Below the pieces are notes generated by a model. The model did no database searches and was not told where the DNA came from. It worked only from the letters and a program-made list of their open reading frames with translations. Positions 1 through 8,254 of a stretch of DNA of 64,000 nt are shown here, piece by piece (positions within the stretch are counted from its first letter, which is position 1; each line of letters starts with the position of its first letter). This stretch comes from an uncultured Chloroflexia bacterium. GTDB taxonomy: Bacteria; Chloroflexota; Limnocylindria; Limnocylindrales; CSP1-4. Location of the stretch: the NCBI GenBank assembly GCA_963819655.1, contig CAWFXA010000002.1:1024001-1088000 (forward strand), read 5' to 3'. The translations under genes were made by a program, and so were the position numbers.

Positions 1-165
1 AAGCGCGTCGCAGACGACTTCCAGATCATCTATCTGACGACATCGGACCGGTACGACGGCGCGGCGCATGCCGTCGTCGAGCTGCCCGGTCCGGCCACGA
101 TCGACGACGGGGTCGCCGATCCGTCGCTCACACCGGTCGAGAGCGCGAGCGGGGCCAGAGCCTGA
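1..165 (+). CDS. 3' end of a partial gene, probably the C-terminus of an SMC/YhaN-like AAA ATPase
   Basis: Frame 1 is open from base 1 to TGA at 163-165: KRVADDFQIIYLTTSDRYDGAAHAVVELPGP. The Q-I-I-Y-L-T strand resembles the H-loop region of ABC/SMC-type ATPases. Confidence 0.5.
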   Translation, partial: KRVADDFQIIYLTTSDRYDGAAHAVVELPGPATIDDGVADPSLTPVESASGARA

Positions 166-179
166 TCGACACCCTCCCG

Positions 180-1028
180 GTGGGGACCCTGACCGTGGTC
201 TTCGGCCTGGCCGCGGCCGTGGCCTGGGGCGCGGGCGATTTCGGTGGCGGCCTGGCGAGCCGTCGGGTGCCCGTCTACGGCGTCGTCCTCGTCTCCCAGG
301 CGACCGGCCTCGTCATGTGCGTCGCGGCAGCGACGATCCTCGGCGAAGCCTTTCCGACCGGGAACGACCTCATCGTCTGCGCGATCGGCGGGGTCCTGGG
401 CGCGTTCGGGATCACGATGCTCTATCGCGGCCTCGCGATCGGTCGGATGGGGATCGTGGCCCCGGTCACGGGCGTCCTCGCCGCGGTGATCCCGGTCGTC
501 GCCGGGTTCGTCATCGAGGGCGTGCCGCCGCCGCTGGTCATCGTGGGGATCGTCATCGCAGTCGTGGCGGTGATCCTGGTCTCACGGGTGGCCGACGAGA
601 CCGGCAGTCGCGCCGGGCTCACGGAAGCGCTGACCGGGGGGACCGCGATCGGCCTGTTCGGCGTCGCCATCTCGCAGCTGAGCCCGGGCGACGTGTTCGG
701 TGACCTGGCGGTCATCCGGCTGGTCCAGGGCGTCCTCGTGGCGGGGGCGGTCCTCGTGATGCGAGCGGCGTGGCGGCCGGGCCGATCGCTCCTGCTCCCG
801 CTGATCCTCATCGGCGTCCTGGACACGGCAGGCAATGGGTTCTACCTGGCCGCCGTGCAGACCGGCCAGCTTGCGATCGCGTCTGTGCTCTCGGCGATGT
901 ATCCGGTCGCCACGGTCGTCCTCGCCGCGGTCGTGCTGCGCGAACCGGTGACGCGCGATCATTCGATCGGGATCCTCCTGGCCGGTGTGGCGATCGCGCT
1001 GATCGGCGTCGGGGGCGCCCAGACCTAG
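180..1028 (+). CDS. DMT/EamA family transporter
   Basis: 282 aa, about 10 hydrophobic helices, WGAGDFGGG at the N-terminus, SAMYPVATVVLA..VLREPV at the C-terminus. Confidence 0.9.
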   Translation: MGTLTVVFGLAAAVAWGAGDFGGGLASRRVPVYGVVLVSQATGLVMCVAAATILGEAFPTGNDLIVCAIGGVLGAFGITMLYRGLAIGRMGIVAPVTGVLAAVIPVVAGFVIEGVPPPLVIVGIVIAVVAVILVSRVADETGSRAGLTEALTGGTAIGLFGVAISQLSPGDVFGDLAVIRLVQGVLVAGAVLVMRAAWRPGRSLLLPLILIGVLDTAGNGFYLAAVQTGQLAIASVLSAMYPVATVVLAAVVLREPVTRDHSIGILLAGVAIALIGVGGAQT

Positions 1029-1032
1029 ACAC

Positions 1033-1566
1033 CTAGGCGCTGCCGCCCGGCCCTCCGCGCACGACGATCAGCGCTGCCGCCTCGAGCGGACTGCGCAGGA
1101 TGACCACCGGGTCGAAGCCCTCGAGCGTCAGCAGCCCGCCGTCGACCGTCGTGCGGATGGCCGCCAGGTGTCGGTCGACGACGTCGGGGTCGACGGTCCG
1201 CCGTCGCGCGGCGTTCTGGGCCAGGACCGTCTCGGCGTCGAGGTCGAGCACGATCGCTGCCGCCGGGAAGCCCAGGCCTTGCGCCCGTCGGATCAAGGGA
1301 CGGCGCGCGCTGGCCGCGAGGTTCGTCGCATCGACGACGGTCAGTCGGCCAGCCCCGAGCCGCCTATCCACGGTCCGATGAAGGATGCGGAACGCCAACT
1401 TCGACGCGGTCTGGTCGTCTTCGTCACCGGACACCACGGCGCGCAGCGCGTCGGACGAGACGATCTCGTCGGGCGCGAACAGTCGCGCCGCGAGAGTCGA
1501 TTTGCCCGCGCCGGCCGCCCCGACGAGCACGACGAGCGACGGATCCGGGATGACCAGGGTCGACAC
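1033..1566 (-). CDS. AAA_33 / polynucleotide-kinase-like P-loop kinase (stand-alone Pnkp kinase domain)
   Basis: LVVLVGAAGAGKST Walker A, SSDALR, DQ.AS..AF and GRLTVVDATN motifs. Confidence 0.85.
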   Translation of the reverse strand: MSTLVIPDPSLVVLVGAAGAGKSTLAARLFAPDEIVSSDALRAVVSGDEDDQTASKLAFRILHRTVDRRLGAGRLTVVDATNLAASARRPLIRRAQGLGFPAAAIVLDLDAETVLAQNAARRRTVDPDVVDRHLAAIRTTVDGGLLTLEGFDPVVILRSPLEAAALIVVRGGPGGSA

Positions 1567-1625
1567 CCGTCGATGATGCCGCGCCGGGGCCGGTCGGGTG
1601 ATCGGCCGGCGCTATGACCTGGACG

Positions 1626-2498
1626 CTACGCCGTCGCCGCTCGGCGGACCTCGTAGCCGCCTCCCTCCGCGGGACGGATCTCATAGCTCGGCTGGTCGTA
1701 GACGGTCGGGCCTCGTCGAGCGAGGCCGTCGACCAGTCGGTATCGCGAGAAGTGCCAGGGGCACTCGATGCAGCCGTCGACCAGCCGGCCCTCGTTCAAG
1801 GGGCCCCCGGCATGAGCGCACACGTTGTGCATCGCGTGAAGGGTGCCCCCGATGCGCACCACCACGAGGTCGTTGATGCCGGCGCGCATCTTGGTCGGCG
1901 TCGCCTCGGGAAGGTGATCGAGATCGGTCACGGTGCCCGTATCGAGACGGACCCATCTGGTGCCCGCCCCGCGGAACGCATGGCGGCTGACCATGTTGCC
2001 GAGCAGGTACACGACGTCTCCGCCGACGAACGCCCCTGCGCTCACGATCAGGAACCCGATGATCGACAGCGCGATCGGCACGGTCCGGTCGACGGGCGCG
2101 CCGGCGCGCATCAGTGCTGACACGATCAGCACGAGCAGGGTCACGGTCATCAAGGACGCGTGCAGCGTCGCTCGGGTCAGTGGCGTGCCGGTCGTCTCGC
2201 TGTAGTCGGCCAGGCCCGACAGCGCCGCGAGGACCATGAACACGATCGTCCCGATCAGGACGATGTCAGCCGCGGTCGGCTGGCCGAGCACATCCAGGAT
2301 GACGACCCCGAGCAGCATGCCGATCGGGATGTCGGTCGACGCCGCATGGAGTGGGTGGCCGAGCCAGCGGCCGTTGAGCAGGTCCCGGATCGGCGGCATC
2401 GCGCGGAACAGCGCCGAGGTCCAGCGGTGGTTGAACTCCCCGAACGGCCGTGCCCAGCCGTCGTTCAGTGATACCAGTCGAGCCAGCAGTCGTGCCAT
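1626..2498 (-). CDS. DUF2231-type membrane domain fused to a C-terminal Rieske [2Fe-2S] domain
   Basis: WLGHPLH..TDIPIG plus about four TM helices; Rieske ligands CAHAGGPL...CPWH; GGAGG RBS upstream. Confidence 0.85.
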   Translation of the reverse strand: MARLLARLVSLNDGWARPFGEFNHRWTSALFRAMPPIRDLLNGRWLGHPLHAASTDIPIGMLLGVVILDVLGQPTAADIVLIGTIVFMVLAALSGLADYSETTGTPLTRATLHASLMTVTLLVLIVSALMRAGAPVDRTVPIALSIIGFLIVSAGAFVGGDVVYLLGNMVSRHAFRGAGTRWVRLDTGTVTDLDHLPEATPTKMRAGINDLVVVRIGGTLHAMHNVCAHAGGPLNEGRLVDGCIECPWHFSRYRLVDGLARRGPTVYDQPSYEIRPAEGGGYEVRRAATA

Positions 2499-2561
2499 CG
2501 ACCCACCTCCCGTTGAAGGAATCTACGCCGCGCGGGTCGTGTATGGATGCTGCAAGCGTGG

Positions 2562-2636
2562 CCGTCCACATTCCGTCCACACTCGGGGGAATCTCGGGGA
2601 TAAGCCATCGACCATTCAGACGAAGTTCGTGGATAA
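2562..2636. promoter_or_regulatory. Cluster of DnaA-box-like 9-mers
   Basis: CCGTCCACA at 2562 and 2573 (11-bp period); CGGGGATAA at 2595-2603 and CGTGGATAA at 2628-2636 (reverse complements have 2 and 1 mismatches to TTATCCACA). Confidence 0.35.
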
Positions 2637-2641
2637 GGCGG

Positions 2642-2671
2642 TTGTGGCCGTATCGACCCGGCGGGTACATT
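2642..2671 (+). promoter_or_regulatory. Putative sigma70-type promoter for the candidate ncRNA
   Basis: TTGTGG (2642-2647), 18-nt spacer, TACATT (2666-2671), immediately upstream of the hairpin-rich region. Confidence 0.45.
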
Positions 2672-2673
2672 TC

Positions 2674-2886
2674 GTCCTGCCCGAAGGGGCAGGTGCGAAC
2701 CGCCAGACCGCACCGAGGAGCGATCCTCGGGACGGTCCCGGAAGCCGGGTTCGATAGTCGCAAGGCCGTCGAGCGAGGATTTCGGGCGGAGCGTAATGAC
2801 TCCGGACTTGTTCGGAGCCGTTGCGAGACGACGGGCGGTCCTCCCACCAGTTCCTTCGGGCGCTTTCGTGTGCGCGGGAGTCTCTT
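2674..2886 (+). ncRNA. Candidate structured non-coding RNA (multi-branched, family unknown)
   Basis: Consecutive stems capped by GAAG, GCGA, GCAA, CUUG and UUCG loops with G-U pairs on the + strand; closing helix ACCGCC/GGCGGT; no credible ORF. Confidence 0.55.
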
Positions 2887-2960
2887 GTCGCGCTCCGATG
2901 CGCCGAAAACGTGGTTCCTGGACTGCACGACTGGGCCGAAGCGAGCGCGCCGCTGACGCT

Positions 2961-3080
2961 CCGCAGCGCCCGACCGTGTCTGTGAGCGCGGAATCACGCC
3001 GCAGCGCCCGATCGTCTTTGAAGCACGGATCTCGCCGCAGCGTCGGTCCGACCATGAACTACGCGGATGGCAGCGTCCTT
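2961..3080. repeat. Degenerate ~35-38 bp tandem repeat (about 3.3 copies)
   Basis: Units start CCGCAGCGCCCGA (2961), CCGCAGCGCCCGA (2999), CCGCAGCGTC (3035) and GCAGCGTC (3070); the first three share an internal TGA...CGGA. Confidence 0.55.
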
Positions 3081-3243
3081 AGGTCCGGAAGAGGTCGGTT
3101 AGACCTCGCTCTGGCCCCTACCGACCAGCCATAACGCCGCTATGGATGCGCGATGTGCATGGTCGACGGCTGTGAAGGAGTCGATGGCGGCCCGGATCTC
3201 GACATTGCGTCGCTGGGATGCGCGTACTTCATGGTTGGGGAGG

Positions 3244-3320
3244 GGATTCGGGAGGCCGGGCGTGATTGGGAGTCCGGGCGGGTCGCGGGCGGCCGGGCGT
3301 GGATTCGGGCGCCCGGGCGG
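3244..3320. repeat. G-rich ~20-bp imperfect tandem repeat (4 copies)
   Basis: GGATTCGGGAGGCCGGGCGT / GATTGGGAGTCCGGGCG / GGTCGCGGGCGGCCGGGCGT / GGATTCGGGCGCCCGGGCGG. Confidence 0.55.
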
Positions 3321-3431
3321 CCAAAAGCCGTGCTCGTATCTCGCCTCGAGCCTGATCTGCAGTCTGCCAGGCATACGTTCGACCGATCGCGCCGTGTGCG
3401 CCGACATGCTCGGCACGGTAGCCTCGCGCCG

Positions 3432-4691
3432 GTGACCCCGCCTCTTGACGTCCGCCCCGCCGAGGACTGGCGCCGCCTACTCGTGGTCTTCTGGCTCACG
3501 TCGATGGTCGAGGCCCTCGGCGTCAGCCAGATCTTCGCCCTGGTCCCCTCGTACCTGCGGGAGATGGGCGTTCCACAGGACGAGCGGCTGGCTTTCGTCG
3601 GCTTGTTCTCTTCACTGATCTTCGTCGTGGGCATGCCGCTCGTCCCGCTGTGGGGCGTGTGGGCCGATAAATACAGCCGCAAGGCCGTCATCGTGCGGAG
3701 CGCGCTCGTCGAGGCAGTCGTGTTCGCCGGCGTCGCTCTGTCGCGCGAACCCTGGCAGCTCGCACTGAGCATGCTGCTGATCGGCTTCCAGCTGGGCAAC
3801 ACCGGGGTGATGCTGGCCGGCATCCGGGACGTCACGCCACTCGCCCGACTCGGCACTGTCATGGGCATCTTCGGTGCCTCGACCGCTGTCGGTTTGGCGC
3901 TCGGCCCGACACTCGCCGGACTGCTCATCGACGGGTTCGGCTGGTCGCTGTCGGCAGTGTTCTGGTTGTCGGCCGGCCTCTCGATCGCGACGGCCTTGCT
4001 GGTCACGTTCGGCTCACGCGAGGTGCGCCCGTCCGTGATCCCGCAGGGGCGGATCGTCACCCTCGCGTTCGGGGCGATGCGGGCCGTTCTGACGGACGCG
4101 ACCGTCCGGCGGATCTTCCTGATCTTCGGTGTCTCGTTCCTGGCGACCCAGATGAGCCGGCCATACCTTCCGGTCGTCGTGGAAGGGCTCGCCGGGACCG
4201 GCGCCGGCCTCGCGTCGGCGATCGCGCTCGTCATGGGCACTGCGGCGCTGGTCGGCGGGCTCATCGCGCCGCTCGGTGGCTGGCTGGGCGACCGCGTCGG
4301 TTTTCGACCCGTCCTCGTGGCGGCCCTCGCGGGTGGTGGCGTGGTCCTGGCACTGATGCCGTTCGTGCCGTCGGTGGCCGCGCTGGCGGGCCTCGCCGTC
4401 ATCCTCGCGGCCGCGACGGCCACGGTCAGCGCGATGGTGTTCGGCATGCTTGCGACCGACGTGCCGGCCGACCGCCGCTCCGCCACGCTCAATCTCGTCT
4501 ACCTGCCGCTGTACACGGCTGGGATCATCGGGCCGGCGCTCGGCGCCGCGGTCGTCGGGCTCGGTGGATTACCCGCGCCATTCGTCCTCGGCGCGGCGGT
4601 GTTTATCGCGGGCGCGATCGTGATCGCCACGCGCCGGGCGTCGAGCACGGCGGTCGCCGCCGCTCCTGGTGCGGTCAGCCTCGATCCCTGA
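3432..4691 (+). CDS. MFS transporter (DHA1/MdtG-like)
   Basis: About 12 TM helices, motif A WGVWADKYSRK and GWLGDRVGFR. Start moved to GTG 3432 (TAGCCT -10 element 7 nt upstream). Confidence 0.88.
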   Translation: MTPPLDVRPAEDWRRLLVVFWLTSMVEALGVSQIFALVPSYLREMGVPQDERLAFVGLFSSLIFVVGMPLVPLWGVWADKYSRKAVIVRSALVEAVVFAGVALSREPWQLALSMLLIGFQLGNTGVMLAGIRDVTPLARLGTVMGIFGASTAVGLALGPTLAGLLIDGFGWSLSAVFWLSAGLSIATALLVTFGSREVRPSVIPQGRIVTLAFGAMRAVLTDATVRRIFLIFGVSFLATQMSRPYLPVVVEGLAGTGAGLASAIALVMGTAALVGGLIAPLGGWLGDRVGFRPVLVAALAGGGVVLALMPFVPSVAALAGLAVILAAATATVSAMVFGMLATDVPADRRSATLNLVYLPLYTAGIIGPALGAAVVGLGGLPAPFVLGAAVFIAGAIVIATRRASSTAVAAAPGAVSLDP

Positions 4692-4959
4692 CAGCCGGCC
4701 GGAAACGGAGGCGCCGACGGACGTCCCCCAGACGAACCGTCGGCGCATGGATGGAGCAGCCCTCTCACGCATCCATACGACGCAGCGTCGCCATCGGATC
4801 ACCGGCGCGCAAGCCGTCTCATCCCGACCGACCGTTCGGGGGTTTCCCGGACGTCGCCGGGGGCAGGGCCTCTGCTAGTGTCGGGTTGAGCTCGCGGCTC
4901 GCGCGATCCGCGAGGGTTGGCTCGAGGTGCCGCCGGGTCGGGGCTAGGCCGGGTCGCGC

Positions 4960-5850
4960 CTAGATAGGCTCGACCGCAGCGTGGCTCGGCGCCCGGCCGG
5001 CCGGCCGCATTGGTGCCACAGGTTCGCGCAGCGCGATGACTGCGAGGAGCATCGACAGCCCGCCGTACCACAGGGCAGGCAGGGCCAGCATCCCGGAGAC
5101 CGGCACCGTCCAGCGGCGGCCCGTCCAGGCGCCCCACACGACCAGCGCGATCGCGAACGGCAGCCGCACGACGAACGGGATCGGGATGGCGGCCCAGGTC
5201 CCGTCCCGACCCGCGACTCGGCTCAGGACCTCGCCCCATGCGAGCCAGGCATCGGGCCACACGAGGAACGACACCGCCACGATGGCCGCCGTGGCTCCGA
5301 GGGCGATCGCCAAGTCCCGCCATTCGCGCCGGACGACGTACCACAGCAAGCCGATGCCGGGCGTGATCTTCGTCAGCAGCACGAGCGCCCACATCCATGG
5401 CCAGCGGAACGAGAGCACGATGGCGGCGGCCAGCAGAAGGTGGATGTTCCCGCCGGCAAGTTCCATCGCACCGAGCACGATGCCGACTGCCAGCCAGCGT
5501 CGACCGGTCAGCACGTACGTCGCCCCGAGGAGGATCGCCGTCCAGGCGGCCATGAACGCCTGCCACGGCAGCACCCGGATGGGCTGCAGCAACTGCAGGA
5601 ACGCCGGCGAGTAGACGTAGGCGATCGGATCGGTCCAGTCGGACCGGGCGTACGGGTCTGCGAGGGTCGGGAACCAGTAGCAGTAGGCGTCCTGGCCGGT
5701 CCCCCACAGGCGACCCCACGGGGACGAGAACGCGACGATCGCCGCCCACGCGACGACGGCCATGCCCGGGCCGACCCATGGATGCCGATCGAGCCAGTGC
5801 CCGAGGCCCCTGGTCCACCCCTGGAACCGGTCGGCGAGGGGTCCGGTCAT
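4960..5850 (-). CDS. Glycosyltransferase family 87 (GT-C, DUF2029-like) membrane protein
   Basis: DAYCYW, YVYSPAF, GNI and TKITPG motifs; polytopic membrane protein. Confidence 0.75.
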   Translation of the reverse strand: MTGPLADRFQGWTRGLGHWLDRHPWVGPGMAVVAWAAIVAFSSPWGRLWGTGQDAYCYWFPTLADPYARSDWTDPIAYVYSPAFLQLLQPIRVLPWQAFMAAWTAILLGATYVLTGRRWLAVGIVLGAMELAGGNIHLLLAAAIVLSFRWPWMWALVLLTKITPGIGLLWYVVRREWRDLAIALGATAAIVAVSFLVWPDAWLAWGEVLSRVAGRDGTWAAIPIPFVVRLPFAIALVVWGAWTGRRWTVPVSGMLALPALWYGGLSMLLAVIALREPVAPMRPAGRAPSHAAVEPI

Positions 5851-5876
5851 CGCATCCCGTGCCGTACCATTCCGCC

Positions 5877-6872
5877 GTGCCCAACCTGCCTTTTCCGCGC
5901 GGCCCGCGCCGTCGTCGCCCCGGTGACGAGGCGGACGTCGTCATGCCCGAGATCGTGGCGGATCCGGACATCATCGAGGCTGCCGGCATCCGCTGGATCC
6001 ACATCGAGTCGCCGCGCACCGCCGACCGCGACTGGTTGGAAGAGCACTACGATTTCCACCCGCTCGACTATGAGGACGTCTTCTCGCGCAACCAGCGCCC
6101 GAAGCTCGACCAGTACGACGACTACGTCTTCATCGTGCTGCACTTCCCACTCTTCGACAAGGACAGCGGGCGCATCCTGACGGCCGAGCTCGACCTGTTC
6201 ATGGGGCCCGACTACGTCATCACACTGCCCAACATCCCGCTGCCGCCGCTGTCGGCCATGTTCGAGCGCTACCGGGAGAAGGACGACCTGCGCCAGGAGA
6301 TCTTTGCGCAGGGCCCTGGCTACCTCCTGTACAAGATCGTCGACACCGGGGTCGATGCGTCGTTCCCCATGCTGCGCAAGACGCTGCTCAAGCTGGAGCG
6401 GCTCGAGGACGACATCTTCGAGGGCCGCTCGTCGGAGATCGTGCGCGACCTGTCCGACACCAAGCAGGAGATCATCAACTTCCGCAAGATCGTCCGTCCG
6501 CAGCGCGCGGTGTTGCGCGATCTCGAGCGCACGAAGCAGCGCTACCTCCAGGAAGGGCTGGAGATCTATTTCGATGACATCTCGGACGCGGCCGAGCGGA
6601 TCTGGGAGCTGCTCGAGAATTACAAGGAGGTCATCGAGGGGCTCGAGTCGACGAACGAGTCGGTGCTGTCACATCAGCTGAACGAGTCGTTCCGGGTCCT
6701 CACCGCGGCGAGCGTCGTGCTGCTGCCGCTGACGCTCATCGCGAGCATCTTCGGGATGAACGTGCAGTTCCCCGGCGAGGGCCAGACCATCGCGTTCTAC
6801 CTGATCCTCGCGCTCATGGCGTCCGTGCTCGTCGGGCTCGTGATCCTGTTCCGCCGCCGCGGGTGGTTGTAG
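5877..6872 (+). CDS. corA: CorA family magnesium/cobalt transporter
   Basis: FHPLDYED, QRPKLD and PLTLIASIFGMNV signature followed by 2 TM helices. Start GTG 5877 after TACCAT (ATG 5943 is an alternative). Confidence 0.92.
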   Translation: MPNLPFPRGPRRRRPGDEADVVMPEIVADPDIIEAAGIRWIHIESPRTADRDWLEEHYDFHPLDYEDVFSRNQRPKLDQYDDYVFIVLHFPLFDKDSGRILTAELDLFMGPDYVITLPNIPLPPLSAMFERYREKDDLRQEIFAQGPGYLLYKIVDTGVDASFPMLRKTLLKLERLEDDIFEGRSSEIVRDLSDTKQEIINFRKIVRPQRAVLRDLERTKQRYLQEGLEIYFDDISDAAERIWELLENYKEVIEGLESTNESVLSHQLNESFRVLTAASVVLLPLTLIASIFGMNVQFPGEGQTIAFYLILALMASVLVGLVILFRRRGWL

Positions 6873-7043
6873 GCCCTGCGCCCTCCCGCATGGCCGGCGC
6901 CCTCCAGCCTGGCCTGGTGCAAATGTCAGATGCGATCCTCGAACAGATCCTTCATGACGGCTCGCCCAGACGTCATCGGTCTGCTGCCTGGGATTCGGCC
7001 ACGCTCATCCATCGTGAATGTGCATCCCAGGCTTGCGCGGCCG

Positions 7044-7101
7044 AGTCGGTGGCCGCGCCGGAGACGGCCGCGCGTCAGTCGGTGGCCGCGCCGGAGACGG
7101 C
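7044..7101. repeat. 25-bp perfect direct repeat, period 33
   Basis: AGTCGGTGGCCGCGCCGGAGACGGC at 7044-7068 and 7077-7101, between convergent genes. Confidence 0.8.
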
Positions 7102-7120
7102 GCCCCGCGTCTGACCGGCG

Positions 7121-8254
7121 TCAGGCCGGCAGGTCGCGCTCCGCGGCGCCGACATAATTCACGTCCGGGCGGATGAGGCGATTGTTGGCCGCCTGCTCCA
7201 GGATGTGGGCGGTCCAGCCCGCGTGGCGCGCCAGCGAGAACGTCGCCGGGAACAGGTCCGGGCTCAAGCCGACCCCCATGAGGACCGGCGCCGCATAGAA
7301 CTCCACGTTCGTCTTCAATGGGCGCTCGGGGTGCGTCTCGGCAAGGACCCGCAGGGCGACGTCCTCGACCTCGATGGCGAGCTGCAGCCAGTCGGGCTTG
7401 TGCTCCATGCCCTCGGCCACCTTCCGGAGGGCCGCGGCGCGCGGGTCGTAGGCCCGGTACACCCGGTGACCGAAACCCATCAACCGCTCCCCGCGCTCAA
7501 GGGCATCGCGGATCCATGCCTCGGCGTGATCTGCTGAACCGACCTGCGCCAGCTGGTCGACCACCTCCGACGGGGCCCCACCGTGGAGCGGCCCCTTCAT
7601 CGTGCCGATCGCGCCGACGACGGCAGACGCGATATCGGACCGGGTCGAGGTGATCACGCGCGCCGCGAACGTCGAGGCGTTGAAGCTGTGCTCCGCCCCG
7701 ACGATGAAGTACGCGTCGAGCGCCTTGGCGGTGCTCGCGTCGGGCCGCTGCCCGGTGAGCTGGTACAGGAACCCGGCGGTCAGATCGAGCTCCGGATCGG
7801 GATCGACCGGCTCCTTGCCGGCGCGCAGCCGGGCGAAGGCCGCCAGCGCCGACGGCGAGAAGGCGGTGAGGGCCCGTGCCTGCTCGACGGTCGGTGGCCA
7901 GGGCAGATCCTGCGTCGCCCCCCATGCCGACACCGCCGTCCGGAGCGCATCCATCGGCTTGGCATCCGAAGGCAGCGCACGCAAGACGTCCATGACGGCT
8001 TTCGGGACGGGCGTGGTCGGGAGCCGCTGGGACGGATCCCAGTCGCCGGTCCACAGGAGGTGCGCGACGGCCGCATACGTGCCGCGTTCGACGAGGTCGC
8101 CGATCCGATACCCGCGGTACAGCAGGCGGCCTGCGGCGCCATCGACGAACGACAGGCTGGTCTCGCCGGCGATCACGCCTTCCAGACCGGGGGAGAACGG
8201 CCGCGCGGCCTGGAGGTCCTCGGTCGAGGCGTCGGCAGGGGGAGAGTCGGTCAA
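7121..8254 (-). CDS. Citrate synthase / 2-methylcitrate synthase (short type)
   Basis: GLEGVIA, LLYRGY, EHSFNASTF, GPLHGGA, MGFGHRVY..YDPRA and RLIRP motifs. Confidence 0.93.
   Translation of the reverse strand: MTDSPPADASTEDLQAARPFSPGLEGVIAGETSLSFVDGAAGRLLYRGYRIGDLVERGTYAAVAHLLWTGDWDPSQRLPTTPVPKAVMDVLRALPSDAKPMDALRTAVSAWGATQDLPWPPTVEQARALTAFSPSALAAFARLRAGKEPVDPDPELDLTAGFLYQLTGQRPDASTAKALDAYFIVGAEHSFNASTFAARVITSTRSDIASAVVGAIGTMKGPLHGGAPSEVVDQLAQVGSADHAEAWIRDALERGERLMGFGHRVYRAYDPRAAALRKVAEGMEHKPDWLQLAIEVEDVALRVLAETHPERPLKTNVEFYAAPVLMGVGLSPDLFPATFSLARHAGWTAHILEQAANNRLIRPDVNYVGAAERDLPA

Noticed and set aside
2562-2640. Replication origin (oriC)
   Set aside because: Few, degenerate boxes, no AT-rich unwinding element and no dnaA, dnaN or parAB nearby.
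2690-2860. Lysine or cobalamin riboswitch, RNase P RNA or tmRNA as the identity of the structured region
   Set aside because: AGGTGCG and a reverse-strand AACCCGGCTT are present, but the other conserved cores (GCCGAA, GCCACTG/GGGAAG, GAGGAAAGTCC, tRNA-like ends) are missing and no cognate gene follows.
2693-2886. Group II intron (GTGCG at 2693 after a hairpin; GAGCCG...CGGTC resembling domain V near 2815-2840)
   Set aside because: Far too short, domain V pairing is poor, there is no domain VI with bulged A and AY end, and no RT ORF.
2961-3080. CRISPR array
   Set aside because: The conserved part is only about 10-13 nt, the intervening sequences are mutually similar, and no cas genes are present.
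3081-3100. SRP RNA-like AGGTCCGGAAG
   Set aside because: Lacks the following AGCAG internal-loop strand and the long enclosing helix.
3153-3431. 93-aa N-terminal extension of the MFS ORF and other ORFs in 2236-3435
   Set aside because: Non-protein-like composition overlapping repeats and RNA structure; a better start is GTG 3432.
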